A stretch of 63,856 bases of DNA, the filler included, from Octopus bimaculoides (Eukaryota), in the NCBI RefSeq assembly GCF_001194135.2. It is 9 parts of 8 records of this genome, joined end to end, with 100 filler letters (N's around TTAATTAATTAA, not from the genome) between each part and the next. Parts side by side here need not be neighbours in the genome. Positions count along the whole stretch, not along the records: positions 59,304 to 63,856 come from NC_068984.1; 8 more parts are not named here. The stretch is one strand, 5' to 3'. Below are positions 63,464-63,856 of the stretch, in pieces; within the stretch, counting starts at the first letter, position 1; each line of letters starts with the position of its first letter. The notes under the pieces are model-generated. The model saw only the letters and a list, made by a program, of their open reading frames with translations, did not search any database and was not told where the DNA came from. A program made the position numbers and the translations under genes.

Positions 63464-63856
63464 GGGTGTATAGTAAATATCTGCTTCTCGCGCAGCTGAG
63501 TCGTATATGTTAACGTTGTTTTGAGGCGAGTGCAGAGTGACACTTGTGGAGACTGTCCATGCTTCACTCCACTCATCTTCATTACATTCTCACGCTATTG
63601 ATGCCTTCATTCGAGAATCACAAGATTTGAATAACTAAGGTTAATTGAAAATGACTGAACGCGCTGCCAACAAATTCCCTCTGCATGCTCAACGAGTACA
63701 GCATTAATTATGTAGTCCAATATAGACTAGGCTTGAAACAGAAAGAAAGCAGGATATGATTAAATACGGATTATATCTCATCATAGATATAATCATACAC
63801 TCCAGAAATGGAGATGAACACAAAAAGATAAAGATGTATATATACATATATATATA

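Overview
AT-rich, microsatellite-saturated metazoan genomic DNA with many N-gaps. The SINE/LINE content and repeat texture suggest a coleoid cephalopod, probably Octopus (inference). Eight artificial 100-bp linkers (44 N + TTAATTAATTAA + 44 N) split the window into nine original scaffolds, so adjacency across linkers is unverified. Host coding content is small and intron-split, and most of it is missing from the supplied ORF track. (1) The last two exons of a chymotrypsin-fold S1 serine protease (+, 26364-26506 and 33970-34167) have an intact GDSGGP and a non-trypsin S1 pocket. (2) A TATA-box-preceded signal-peptide first exon (+, 49243-49291) may start a tandem paralogue. (3) Two exons belong to a Thr/Ser-rich mucin-like gene with a globular domain (-, 24454-24851 and 20934-21099). 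The rest is decayed mobile DNA: a cluster of R4/Dong-like RLE LINE fragments embedded in (TAA)n, RTE and L1/Tx1 remnants, a Gypsy integrase/PPT/LTR, two Helitron pieces, a deleted mariner, several MITEs, four abundant SINE-like families and a tRNA-like pseudogene. I found no convincing wholly new system. The best leads are the putative secreted-protease cluster, the unassigned mucin-associated domain, the (TAA)n-associated R4/SINE landscape, a two-unit minisatellite and degenerate hammerhead-like motifs.
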